A DNA stretch of 63,683 nt, filler included. It is 11 parts of 11 records of this genome, joined end to end, with 100 filler letters (N's around TTAATTAATTAA, not from the genome) between each part and the next. Parts side by side here need not be neighbours in the genome. Positions count along the whole stretch, not along the records: positions 47,880 to 53,006 come from SRR31156797_150088; positions 53,107 to 58,348 come from SRR31156797_151112; positions 58,449 to 63,683 come from SRR31156797_158630; 8 more parts are not named here. One strand, written 5' to 3'. The notes beneath the pieces are model-generated. The model had not been told where the DNA came from. It saw only the letters and a program-made list of their open reading frames with translations, and searched no databases. A program made the position numbers and the translations under genes. Position 1 is the stretch's first letter. The number at the start of each line of letters is the position of its first letter. Shown here piece by piece: positions 48,859 through 58,449 of this stretch.

Positions 48859-50409
48859 ATGGTCGTAAGGGATAAAGAAGGTCCGGCCCAGGCCCTGGAA
48901 GTCCTTGAATGGGGCCGTCTGGATTACGACGAAGCCCTGCGCAGGCAACTGGCGCTGGTCAGCGAGCGTGCGGCCAATGTGGCCCCGGACCGCCTGATAT
49001 TCGTGGAACACGATCCGGTGGTGACAATCGGCCGCAGCGGCGGCCGGACGGACCTTTGCATTCCTGAAGCCGAGATTCGCGGCCGGGGTGTGGACGTTCA
49101 CGAGTCTGACCGGGGCGGCATGGCGACCTGCCACGCCCCGGGCCAGATGGTGGCCTACCCGATAATCAAATTGAAGAAAAAAGACCTTCATGAATATCTT
49201 CAGACATTTCTTGATGCCGCGGTTTCTGTATTGCAATCCTTCGGGCTTTCCCCGGAATTAAAGCCGGGAGAACCCGGAGTGTGGGTGAATGGAGGGAAAA
49301 TAGCCAGCGTGGGCATTGCCGTGCGTAGTTGGGTCGCTTATCACGGTATGGCGCTGAATGTTAATAACGACGTTTCCCAATTCAACCTGATCGTGCCTTG
49401 CGGAATACCGGGCCAGAAGATTACGTCATTGTCCGAAGAGCTTTCCGCGCCGGTCAACATGGAGCGGGTCAAGGAAGAATTTGAAAAGGCCTTTCGCCGT
49501 AATTTCGGATATCCAGAGAGAACCGGATTTGAAAAGGGCGACAGGCTTCAACCTCCCTGGCTGGTGAAATCAGGAGCGGACCAGGAAGCGGTCGAGACCA
49601 TGGAAAGCATGCTGGCGGACATGCGGCTTACAACTGTGTGCCAGAACGCCCATTGCCCAAACCTGGGCGAGTGTTTTAACCAGGGCGCTGCGACATTCAT
49701 GATCCTGGGCGATTGTTGCACCCGAAACTGCAGGTTTTGCGCGGTAAATCACGGCAGGCCCGTGGAAGTCGATCCGAACGAATCCAAAAGGGTCGCTTTG
49801 GCCGCGAAGAAGTTGAACCTCGACTATGTGGTTGTGACGTCAGTGACCAGGGACGATTTGGAAGACGGGGGCGCCGCTCATTTTGCCGCAACAATAGAAA
49901 GCATAAGAAATCATTGCCCTGGGTCCGGCGTGGAAGTTTTAATCCCCGATTTTCAGGGAGCGGTTTCCGCCCTTGATACTGTTATTAAGGCCCGGCCTGA
50001 TGTTTTGAATCATAATATTGAAACCGTGCCAAGGCTTTACAAGGAAGTAAGGCCGGGGGCGGAGTACAAGCGGTCCCTGCAGTTAATGGAATATGCTTCT
50101 TCCAGGGGCGTAACCGTAAAATCCGGTTTAATGCTGGGGCTTGGGGAAACAGGCGATGAGATTGCGGAAGCTTTGGAACATCTGAGAAAAGCCGGCTGCA
50201 GTCTGATCACCATAGGGCAGTACCTGCCGCCTACGGAAAAGCATCATCCGCTTGACAGGTATGTATCCCCGGATGAGTTTGAAAAATGGGCGGATGAAGC
50301 CCTGAAAGCGGGATTTACGGCCGCGGCTTCCAGCCCCCTGGTGCGCAGTTCATACCGGGCCGGCGTAATGTATTTAGAGGTTTTAAAAAAGAGGGGAGGA
50401 GAATCGTGA
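48859..50409 (+). CDS. lipA: Fused octanoyltransferase LipB - lipoyl synthase LipA
   Basis: LipB: EH.PV.T.GR, RGG..T.H.PGQ, KIASVG, IVPCG; LipA: C.NA.CPN.GEC, CTRNCRFC, RSSY. Confidence 0.9.
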   Translation: MVVRDKEGPAQALEVLEWGRLDYDEALRRQLALVSERAANVAPDRLIFVEHDPVVTIGRSGGRTDLCIPEAEIRGRGVDVHESDRGGMATCHAPGQMVAYPIIKLKKKDLHEYLQTFLDAAVSVLQSFGLSPELKPGEPGVWVNGGKIASVGIAVRSWVAYHGMALNVNNDVSQFNLIVPCGIPGQKITSLSEELSAPVNMERVKEEFEKAFRRNFGYPERTGFEKGDRLQPPWLVKSGADQEAVETMESMLADMRLTTVCQNAHCPNLGECFNQGAATFMILGDCCTRNCRFCAVNHGRPVEVDPNESKRVALAAKKLNLDYVVVTSVTRDDLEDGGAAHFAATIESIRNHCPGSGVEVLIPDFQGAVSALDTVIKARPDVLNHNIETVPRLYKEVRPGAEYKRSLQLMEYASSRGVTVKSGLMLGLGETGDEIAEALEHLRKAGCSLITIGQYLPPTEKHHPLDRYVSPDEFEKWADEALKAGFTAAASSPLVRSSYRAGVMYLEVLKKRGGES

Positions 50410-50768
50410 ACGGAAAGCGGTTTATTGTTGAGATCGGATCCGGAGTGGATCTGCACGGAGAAGACGTGACCGAAGCCGCCTGCAGGGCGGTAAAGGACGC
50501 TATTGGAAAAAGCTGTCTTTGCGGACTCCTCGAAATAGTGGGCGTAACTGATTTGGATGATGTGGATGTGGACATCCTGGTCGCCTGCCCGAACCCGGAC
50601 ATGGTTGACCTGGAAAAAGTCAAAACGGTTGCGCCGGTTGGTAAAAAAACGGTCAGGGCCGTGGAAGGCGGAATGGTCGCTCAAGGATTGTGCGTTCCGC
50701 AATTCGCTGAACAATGCGACCGTATTGTCGTGGCCAATGCGGCGGTGACTGTTTATGTAAATAAGTAA
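50406..50768 (+). CDS. Lin0512 family protein
   Basis: RFIVEIG.GVDLHG.D.T.AA.RAV.DAI; ANAAV.V. Confidence 0.8.
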   Translation: MNGKRFIVEIGSGVDLHGEDVTEAACRAVKDAIGKSCLCGLLEIVGVTDLDDVDVDILVACPNPDMVDLEKVKTVAPVGKKTVRAVEGGMVAQGLCVPQFAEQCDRIVVANAAVTVYVNK

Positions 50769-50927
50769 AATCATTATTTATAAATGGTGTTTTAAATAAA
50801 GGGCCTCCGGCAGGCTGCTGCGGAGGGCCGGGATTAGTGAATAACCATAGGATGAAAGGGGGATAGGCTTAGAGAAGCAGCGTCATATCATCATGGCAGT
50901 CAAATTAAAGATTAAGGAGGTTCAAGA

Positions 50928-51890
50928 ATGAGTCTCGACAATGAGAAGATGGTTGGCTTTTACACCAACATGAAAAAAATTCGCATGTTCGAGGAAAAAG
51001 TATCCGAACTATTCGCCGCCGGCAAGTTCGGGGGATTTGTTCATCTTTACATTGGTGAAGAGGCTGTGGCCACCGGGGTTTGCGCCTCGCTAAACGATTC
51101 CGATTATATTACCAGCACGCACAGGGGCCATGGGCACCTGATATCCAAAGGGGGAGACATCAAGCTGATGATGGCCGAGCTTTTCGGCCGCAAGACCGGG
51201 TATTGCAAAGGCAAGGGCGGTTCCATGCACATCGCGGATGTTAACCTGGGCATCCTTGGCGCCAACGGCATAGTGGGGGGCGGTCCTCCATTGGCGGCCG
51301 GGGCTGCTTTTTCCGCTCAATACCGGGGCACGAATAACGTAGCGATCTGCTTTTTCGGGGACGGGGCGTCCAACCAGGGAACAACCCACGAAGCCATGAA
51401 CATTGCCGCCGCCTGGAAACTGCCAGTTGTATTCATCAATGAAAACAACCTATACGGCATATCCTGCTGCACGGCCAAATCCATGTCCATTGCGGACGTG
51501 GCCGACAGGGCCGCGGGTTACGACATTCCGGGAGTCGTCGTGGACGGCAACGACGTTATTGCCGTTTATGAAGCGGCCGCGGAAGCGATAAAAAGGGCGC
51601 GGGAAGGGGAAGGTCCTTCTTTGGTTGAATGCAAGACCTACCGCCACAAGGGGCATTTCGAAGGCGATCCTTGCGTTTACCGTGACGATGACGAGTTGAA
51701 CGAATGGAAGGAAAAGGACCCGATCGCCCGTTTTGAGAGCAAACTGTTGGAAATGAATGTTCTGACCAAGGAGATGGTTGACGATATCACCGGTAAAATA
51801 GAAGCGGGACTGGAAGAAGCCGTGCAATTCGCGGAAGACAGCCCGTTCCCCGATCCGAGTGAGATTGCCGAGGACGTTTACACGGTTTAA
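50928..51890 (+). CDS. acoA: TPP-dependent acetoin/pyruvate dehydrogenase E1 alpha subunit
   Basis: GFVHLYIGEEA, STHRGHGH, GDGA...N TPP motif, GHFEGD. Confidence 0.8.
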   Translation: MSLDNEKMVGFYTNMKKIRMFEEKVSELFAAGKFGGFVHLYIGEEAVATGVCASLNDSDYITSTHRGHGHLISKGGDIKLMMAELFGRKTGYCKGKGGSMHIADVNLGILGANGIVGGGPPLAAGAAFSAQYRGTNNVAICFFGDGASNQGTTHEAMNIAAAWKLPVVFINENNLYGISCCTAKSMSIADVADRAAGYDIPGVVVDGNDVIAVYEAAAEAIKRAREGEGPSLVECKTYRHKGHFEGDPCVYRDDDELNEWKEKDPIARFESKLLEMNVLTKEMVDDITGKIEAGLEEAVQFAEDSPFPDPSEIAEDVYTV

Positions 51891-51952
51891 GGGACCGTTC
51901 TCATAAAACGTGAGCGGTATGTCAACATAACCAATGAAGGGAGGACAAATCC

Positions 51953-52927
51953 ATGCCAACCATGAATTATGGACAGGCTATAAATAATGCCATTGAATTG
52001 GAAATGGAAAGGGACCCGAATATCTACGTGGCTGGTGAAGACGTAGGCGTATTCGGCGGTTGCTTCGGAGTTACAGCCGGGCTTTTTGACAAGTTCGGAG
52101 AAAAGAGGGTTCGCGACACGCCCATTACGGAAAGCGCCATAGTAGGCACCGCCGTCGGGGCGGCTGCCACCGGGTTGCGCCCGGTTGTAGAGCTTATGTT
52201 TGTGGACTTTATAGGCGTAGCCCTGGACCAGCTTTACAACCAGGCGGCCAAGATGAAGTACATGTTCGGCGGCAAGGCCAAGATACCAATGGTTTTAAGG
52301 GCCGCCTGCGGCGGCGGCATCGGCGCCGCGGCCCAGCATTCCCAGTGCCTGGAATCCTGGTTTATGCACATTCCGGGACTCAAGGTGGTCATGCCTTCGA
52401 CCCCGGCCGACGCCAAGGGACTCTTGATAACATCCATCAGGGACGACAACCCCGTGGTTTTCCTGGAGCATAAAATGCTTTATGGAGTGGAAGGGGAAGT
52501 GCCGGAAGGAGATTATACCATCCCACTGGGCAAGGCCGACATTAAAAAGGAAGGATCGGACGTAACTGTCGTGGCTACGTCCCAGATGGTCCAGGTCGCC
52601 CTTGGGGCCGCGGAAAAACTGGCTGCCGATGGTGTAAGCGTCGAGGTCGTCGATCCGCGGACCCTGTCGCCGCTGGATGAAGACACGATTCTCGATTCGG
52701 TCCGCAAGACCCACCGCCTGGTGATAGTGCACGAGGAGGTCAAGGTTGCGGGATCGGGCGCCGAGATCGCCGCCATTGTTGCGGAAAAGGCCTTTGACTA
52801 TCTTGATGCGCCCATCCTTCGCGTGGCCGCGCCTTTTACCCCCGTGCCTTTTGCCCCCACGCTGGAAGCGGAATTCATCCCCAGCGAGGAAAAGGTTATC
52901 GCGGCTATTAAAAAGGTTGCCGGTTAG
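51953..52927 (+). CDS. acoB: Acetoin/pyruvate dehydrogenase E1 beta subunit
   Basis: GEDVG, DTPITE, AAQHSQ, DPRTL.PLD. Confidence 0.8.
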   Translation: MPTMNYGQAINNAIELEMERDPNIYVAGEDVGVFGGCFGVTAGLFDKFGEKRVRDTPITESAIVGTAVGAAATGLRPVVELMFVDFIGVALDQLYNQAAKMKYMFGGKAKIPMVLRAACGGGIGAAAQHSQCLESWFMHIPGLKVVMPSTPADAKGLLITSIRDDNPVVFLEHKMLYGVEGEVPEGDYTIPLGKADIKKEGSDVTVVATSQMVQVALGAAEKLAADGVSVEVVDPRTLSPLDEDTILDSVRKTHRLVIVHEEVKVAGSGAEIAAIVAEKAFDYLDAPILRVAAPFTPVPFAPTLEAEFIPSEEKVIAAIKKVAG

Positions 52928-53006
52928 CAGCGGATTAATATCAATCTGAGCGGCTGATCGCTTTGGGGTTAGCCGAATAAATGGCAAAGCCGACCTGCGG
53001 GGGCGG

Positions 53007-53106
53007 NNNNNNNNNNNNNNNNNNNNNNNNNNNNNNNNNNNNNNNNNNNNTTAATTAATTAANNNNNNNNNNNNNNNNNNNNNNNNNNNNNNNNNNNNNN
53101 NNNNNN
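53007..53106. other. Artificial contig linker
   Basis: 44N-TTAATTAATTAA-44N. Confidence 0.98.
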
Positions 53107-53182
53107 CGGCTGGGCGGCCGAGACGCCCACCCTGGAGCCCATCTCCGCCCCGGCCGAGATCGAACCGGGCGAGCGGCTCCAG

Positions 53183-53899
53183 TTGACACTGAATGCTCTG
53201 AATCCGGGGAGCCAGGTGCTTCGGTTCTCACCGGGCCATCTGCCCGAAGGCGCGTATTACGATCCGAACAACCGAACCGTTTCCTGGAAACCCACGGCCG
53301 ACCAAGTCTATCAGACGTATACGTTCGCGTTCCTGGTCACCGACGGCGTCAGGCAATCCAGTCGAAGCGTTTCGATCGCCGTGGTCCCCAAGGCCGTCTA
53401 TGCCAGCAACATGGACATCGATCCGAACTGGCAACTCGATGAGGGCTGGAATTGGGGAACGCCCACGGGCGACGGCTCGCGTCACGGCGATCCCGTCTCA
53501 GGGCACACGGGTGAAACCGTACTGGCATATGCTCTTGACGGGGACTACGAGGATGACATACCGCAGACTCGATATGCCACAACCGGACCGATCGACTGCG
53601 GGGGCCACGCAAATATTCGCCTGAGCTTTTGGCGCTGGCTTGGTGTCGAATCCCCATACGACTACGCTAACGTGCAGGTCTCAAACGACGGGATCACCTG
53701 GGTCGATCTCTGGACCACGGGCTACGCCCACATCGACGACGGCTCCTGGCAGTTCGTGGAATACGCCGTGCCGTCAGCAATCGCCGATGGCCAGGCAACC
53801 GTCTATTTCCGCTGGGGTATCGGCCCCACGGACGACTCGATAACGTATGCGGGCTGGAACATCGACGACGTCCAGGTCACAGGCGATCTGATCCAATAG
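53183..53899 (+). CDS. C-terminal part of a secreted protein with putative Ig domain and beta-sandwich domain (5' truncated)
   Basis: LPEGA....SW.P...F.VTDG Ig motif; L.F.RWLGVE...YD and GWNIDDV motifs seen at peptidase C-termini. Confidence 0.6.
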   Translation: MTLNALNPGSQVLRFSPGHLPEGAYYDPNNRTVSWKPTADQVYQTYTFAFLVTDGVRQSSRSVSIAVVPKAVYASNMDIDPNWQLDEGWNWGTPTGDGSRHGDPVSGHTGETVLAYALDGDYEDDIPQTRYATTGPIDCGGHANIRLSFWRWLGVESPYDYANVQVSNDGITWVDLWTTGYAHIDDGSWQFVEYAVPSAIADGQATVYFRWGIGPTDDSITYAGWNIDDVQVTGDLIQ

Positions 53900-54014
53900 A
53901 TCGCCCCAACGTCGATCGTTCCGATTTGCGAAGGTTCCATCGGGTTTGCTGCCCAGCGCAGCCGGCTCGAGGGGGCCTCGCCGTGGGCGCCGCAATACTG
54001 TGCATGGGATGTTC

Positions 54015-55310
54015 TCAGGTCAGGACGTCGTCAAAGACCGCCGCGAGATCCTTGGTGAGTTTCCGCCGGCTGAATTGGCTCAGGTCCTGCTGCGCCGTCA
54101 TCTCCCGCAGCCGGCCGTCTTTCCAGAGCCGCCAATAATGGAGGAAGCCTTGGGCCACGCGCTGGACGTCTGAGATCCCGGTCACCGTGCCCGCCTCGGC
54201 CGACGAAAGCAACCAGGCATCGCCACCATCGGGCGGAACGATGCCCAGGACCGGGCGGTGCGCCGCCAGATACTCATAGGCCTTTCCTCCGATGACGTCG
54301 TTGCCTTCTCCTCGAATGGTCTGCAACAAAACGAGCACATCGGCCGTGCGCATGGCATGCAAGCTCTCCCGGTATGGCACGGGTCCCACGCTTTCGATGT
54401 GTTTGCCGCGCCCGGCTTCGGCCAATTGTTGCCGGTATTCCCCTGCGTCGCCAATGAGGCGGAGCACCGCCGTCTCGGCAAACGCCTTGTCCCGACAAGC
54501 CCGCTCAAAACCCTCGAGCATGATCGAGGGATCACGAATGCCTTTATCGACCTTGCCGATGTAGGAGAAAAGACAACGGTCGGACCGACCCTGGGGATGC
54601 GTCTGGCTGGTGCCTTCGGAATATCCGTTGGTGATGGCCAAAATGCGCTGCGCGACAGACTCATCCGTTCGCCCCCGCATGATCTCGGCCGTCAACGGAC
54701 TGGTGTAGATAATGCGTTGTGCCTTGCCCAACACCTTCTGCTCGCCGAGCAGTTGTTTTTCCTTGTTCTCGTCATCAAGCTTGGTCCACAACACACCGTA
54801 TGTCCAGGGGTCCCGGATGTCGGCGACAAGGGGTTTTCCCGTGAGGAGGGAAAGTCGATACCCTATCGTCAGGGCCGGCCAAGGCGGTCCTGTCGCCCAG
54901 ATCAGATCAAACCCCTCGCGCTGCAGGAAGCGTAGCCCCGCCCACATCGTCATGACACCGAGTCCTCTGCGGCCACACACCCGACCCAGCAAAGAGGCAC
55001 TCTGATCTGAGGGTGTCGCGTCCGACACGCAATCGGCGCGCAACCTCGGAGCCGGTCCGCCCGCGATGGGCCGAACGGTCTTGATGCGGCAATGAGGTTC
55101 TAATTCCTCCAGAATGTCACAGTCGCACGCCTCGCAGGAGCGATAGAATCCGTTCTGGGTCACCAGCAGAGGCACGAAACCGAATTCCGGCAGGTGCTTG
55201 GCGAAATGGAACGGACGCCAGGACCCGCTCGTATTGGCGGGCGGAAAGTCATAGGCGATCATGAGGACCTTCCGCATTCCCAGTTCCCGGGTCTTGGTGG
55301 AAATCAGCAT
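54015..55310 (-). CDS. Glycosyltransferase family 4
   Basis: KVLMIAY.FPP, VADIRDPW, GKAYEYLA; probable start 55277. Confidence 0.88.
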   Translation of the reverse strand: MLISTKTRELGMRKVLMIAYDFPPANTSGSWRPFHFAKHLPEFGFVPLLVTQNGFYRSCEACDCDILEELEPHCRIKTVRPIAGGPAPRLRADCVSDATPSDQSASLLGRVCGRRGLGVMTMWAGLRFLQREGFDLIWATGPPWPALTIGYRLSLLTGKPLVADIRDPWTYGVLWTKLDDENKEKQLLGEQKVLGKAQRIIYTSPLTAEIMRGRTDESVAQRILAITNGYSEGTSQTHPQGRSDRCLFSYIGKVDKGIRDPSIMLEGFERACRDKAFAETAVLRLIGDAGEYRQQLAEAGRGKHIESVGPVPYRESLHAMRTADVLVLLQTIRGEGNDVIGGKAYEYLAAHRPVLGIVPPDGGDAWLLSSAEAGTVTGISDVQRVAQGFLHYWRLWKDGRLREMTAQQDLSQFSRRKLTKDLAAVFDDVLT

Positions 55311-56045
55311 GCCTGCAAACTCCCTTCCCCAAGAGATGGGAGAAAATGCGGGATTGCGGAGCCGGCGCCCTGAGGAACCGATAACATGACGCCTTTTCGG
55401 ACGTCACACCGGTCCGCCAGTTTGTCCCTGCATCCCCTTGAGGCCAGACCGACGGCAACACCTGGGCCGAAGATGCGGAGGCCACCGGGCCACCACCATG
55501 AGCGCAAAACGCCCGCGGGCCCGAAGGGTTTCGGGGAGCTGCTTCCACGTTGTAAGAGCACGGAGAGTTCCATCTCGGCTATTCTCTGACCCTTTTCCAA
55601 ACGTCTCCAAAATCAGGGACCGAGCGAGCCAGACATGGATCGGGATCCCTTCTGGAGGGTCTTCGACACCCTGGCGGGCCGCCTTAAGCGAAAAGCATTC
55701 AACCAGCACCGGCAATCGGCCGACAATCCCTTCAGATTGATTCGCGTCTCTTGCGCGCGAACATTGAAGGAGCCGAAGGCGGAGCAATACGCGTCACGTG
55801 AGCCATAGATGCACGTGGCCTCCAGATCGGTCGAATCGCTCGCGGCCACAGCAACACGAGGGTCCGATACGTGGTGACATAGCGAGATTTATGGCCGCCC
55901 TGACGGACATCGGGATGAGAGTGTGACTGAGCATGACCCAGAAGAATGCCGCGTCAAAATGGCGCATGCCAATCAATAGCATTGTACCAAGACAACTCAA
56001 GGAGCCGGCCCTCCTGTCGTTGATTTCGTGGTCGGGAGCAAAGAG

Positions 56046-57023
56046 ATGACCAGCTATCGCAGTATTGCCTCAGCAAACAAAGACCTCCTGGCCTGGCTCG
56101 CCGTGCTCCCGGGGGACATAGAGATCATTGTCGGGATTCCGCGGAGCGGTCTTCTTGTGGCGAACCTGTTGTCCCTCCACATGAACATTCCGCTAACGGA
56201 TGTTGACGGACTGATTGCCGGCAGAGTCATCGGAACGGGTCCTCGCTATAAGGGAGACACGGCGCGCTTGCTGTCGTCGCCGAGGAAAGTCCTCGTGGTC
56301 GATGATTCCCTGGCGACGGGATCACAAATGCAATTGGTGCGAGAGAAGATAGAGGACGCTCGGCTGGCACACGAGGTGCTGTACTGCGCCATCTACATCC
56401 AACCGGGAAGCGAACACATGGTGGATTACTTCTGCGCAGCCCTGCCAACGCCGCGCGTTTTCGAGTGGAATATCGTTCACACCCCCATCGCCAAGGATTT
56501 CTGCTTTGATATCGACGGTGTCCTGTGCCGAGATCCGACGAGCGAGGAGAACGACGACGGCCCGCTTTACGAGCAGTTCATCAAGAGTGTCAGGCCGATG
56601 CTCGTGCCGTCGCATGAAGTGGGATGGTTGGTCACATGCCGGTTGGAGAAATTCAGGCCGCTTACTGAAGCGTGGCTTGCGAAGCACAACATCAAGTACC
56701 GCGAGCTGATCATGATGGACTTCCCCACGAAGGAGGCGAGGATGGCCTCGGGCGCCTATGCCCCGTTCAAGGCGGATGTCTATCGACGTACCGAGGCCAA
56801 GCTCTTCATTGAAAGTTCACCGCGCCTGGCGGAGCAAATCGCCGAACTCTCAGGACAGCCGGTTTTCTGTGCCGCCACCCGCGAAATGAGTTACCCAGGC
56901 TCTGCCTCCGCACATTATCATCGCGGCCGACGTCTGGCCCGGCTCCTGCGCCAACGTCCTCACATGGCGTTCAAAAGGCTGGTGCACTACGGACGGAAAT
57001 GTCTCGGCAGAACAAGGAAATAG
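56046..57023 (+). CDS. Phosphoribosyltransferase - HAD phosphatase fusion protein
   Basis: VGIPRSG and PRPP-binding VLVVDDSLATG; HAD motif I FDIDGVL, motif II VTCR, later K and FIES. Confidence 0.75.
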   Translation: MTSYRSIASANKDLLAWLAVLPGDIEIIVGIPRSGLLVANLLSLHMNIPLTDVDGLIAGRVIGTGPRYKGDTARLLSSPRKVLVVDDSLATGSQMQLVREKIEDARLAHEVLYCAIYIQPGSEHMVDYFCAALPTPRVFEWNIVHTPIAKDFCFDIDGVLCRDPTSEENDDGPLYEQFIKSVRPMLVPSHEVGWLVTCRLEKFRPLTEAWLAKHNIKYRELIMMDFPTKEARMASGAYAPFKADVYRRTEAKLFIESSPRLAEQIAELSGQPVFCAATREMSYPGSASAHYHRGRRLARLLRQRPHMAFKRLVHYGRKCLGRTRK

Positions 57024-57192
57024 GGGAGCCAGGGGACGCTCACGATCAATCACCGACCACGGCCCATGTCACACAGCGCGTTCAAGTAACGGCATCCAGC
57101 GGTCTGAAAAGAAATGGACGCCTGACGGCAGATCCTCTCCGGCGAACGTCCCCGCGATGTCACCCCTTCGCCGGCCAACCGCCATCGGTTCC

Positions 57193-58348
57193 TCAGCCGG
57201 CGGCCTCTCCGTGTCCCCGCCGTCCGGACGGCATGAGCCGAAGGCAGACGCGCCTCACCAGATCACCCACGTCATGCCGATCTCTATCCCGCAACGCCAA
57301 CCGGAAGAGGCAGAAGAGAAAGACCGCCGACCCAACCAGCGCACACGAAGCCACACCCAGCCAGCTGTCAGGCCGGACCAGTCTCTGCAACACTAACCAG
57401 ACGGGGACAGCAGCCAATCCCGGAAGAAAACCGGGCCACAGGGTCTCTCGAACCCAGGTTCGCCAATCGACCCCGGCCATGCGCAACCCCAAAGGCCAGT
57501 AAAACAGGGGTTCGAAGACCAGACATGTGGTGAAGGTGCCCAGCGCCGACCCGACGGCCCCCATCTTCCGCACACCCACCAAATAGAGTGTCAAGATGAG
57601 ATTGCACGTATGAATGATGATCGCGCGAATGGCCCAACTCCGTAATTGGGCCTTGGCTCGGGCAATATGAGGAAACATGACGTTCCCATAGGCCAGGGGA
57701 AACGTCGCCATCAGCAGTGCCAGTACAATGGCCGAAGCGAGGTACTTTTCCCCCACATAGAGCGTGACAATCTCTCTACGATAGACAATCAACGGCAGCG
57801 CCAGAAACATCGAGGCCCACAGGGCATAGCGTCCACCACGCAGATAGGCGCTCCGCAGGCGGTGGGCCGCACCGGTGGCGTGCAAAGCCGTCAGTTGCGG
57901 CTGCAGCGGGGCTCGGACCAGATAGGAGGTGACTTGAACATGCCGGAACACAACCGAACCCAGGTGAAAACTGGCGACGTCCAAACCCGTTCCCAGTTTG
58001 TTCAATATGATCGCGTCGGCATTGACGCGAATCTTGTCCGCAATCTGAAGGAGGAAGCTCCATCCGCCGAACGACATAAGGGTCCGGGCCAGATTCCACC
58101 GAATCTCACTCGGCCGGAATCGCAATTCCGGGATCAGGCGGCGCGACACGATGACGGTCAGTATCATGCGCAGCGTTTCGGCCGACACCGAAGCGACGAC
58201 CACCCATAGCACTCTCACCTCGACGGCGAAAAGCAACACAAACAGCAGCGCAATACGAAAGGCCTCGCAGCCCAGTCCCAATACGTTGGAGAGCACGAAA
58301 CGCTGGCGCACGTAGAGTCCGAGCGTAAACGGGGTCAGAAGCAGCCGC
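57193..58348 (-). CDS. Oligosaccharide flippase (Wzx/MATE-like), 5' truncated
   Basis: Polytopic membrane protein; L.SFG.W, NLIL...L....G.VG.A.GT; next to a GT. Confidence 0.8.
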
Positions 58349-58448
58349 NNNNNNNNNNNNNNNNNNNNNNNNNNNNNNNNNNNNNNNNNNNNTTAATTAA
58401 TTAANNNNNNNNNNNNNNNNNNNNNNNNNNNNNNNNNNNNNNNNNNNN
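58349..58448. other. Artificial contig linker
   Basis: 44N-TTAATTAATTAA-44N. Confidence 0.98.
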
Positions 58449-58449
58449 C

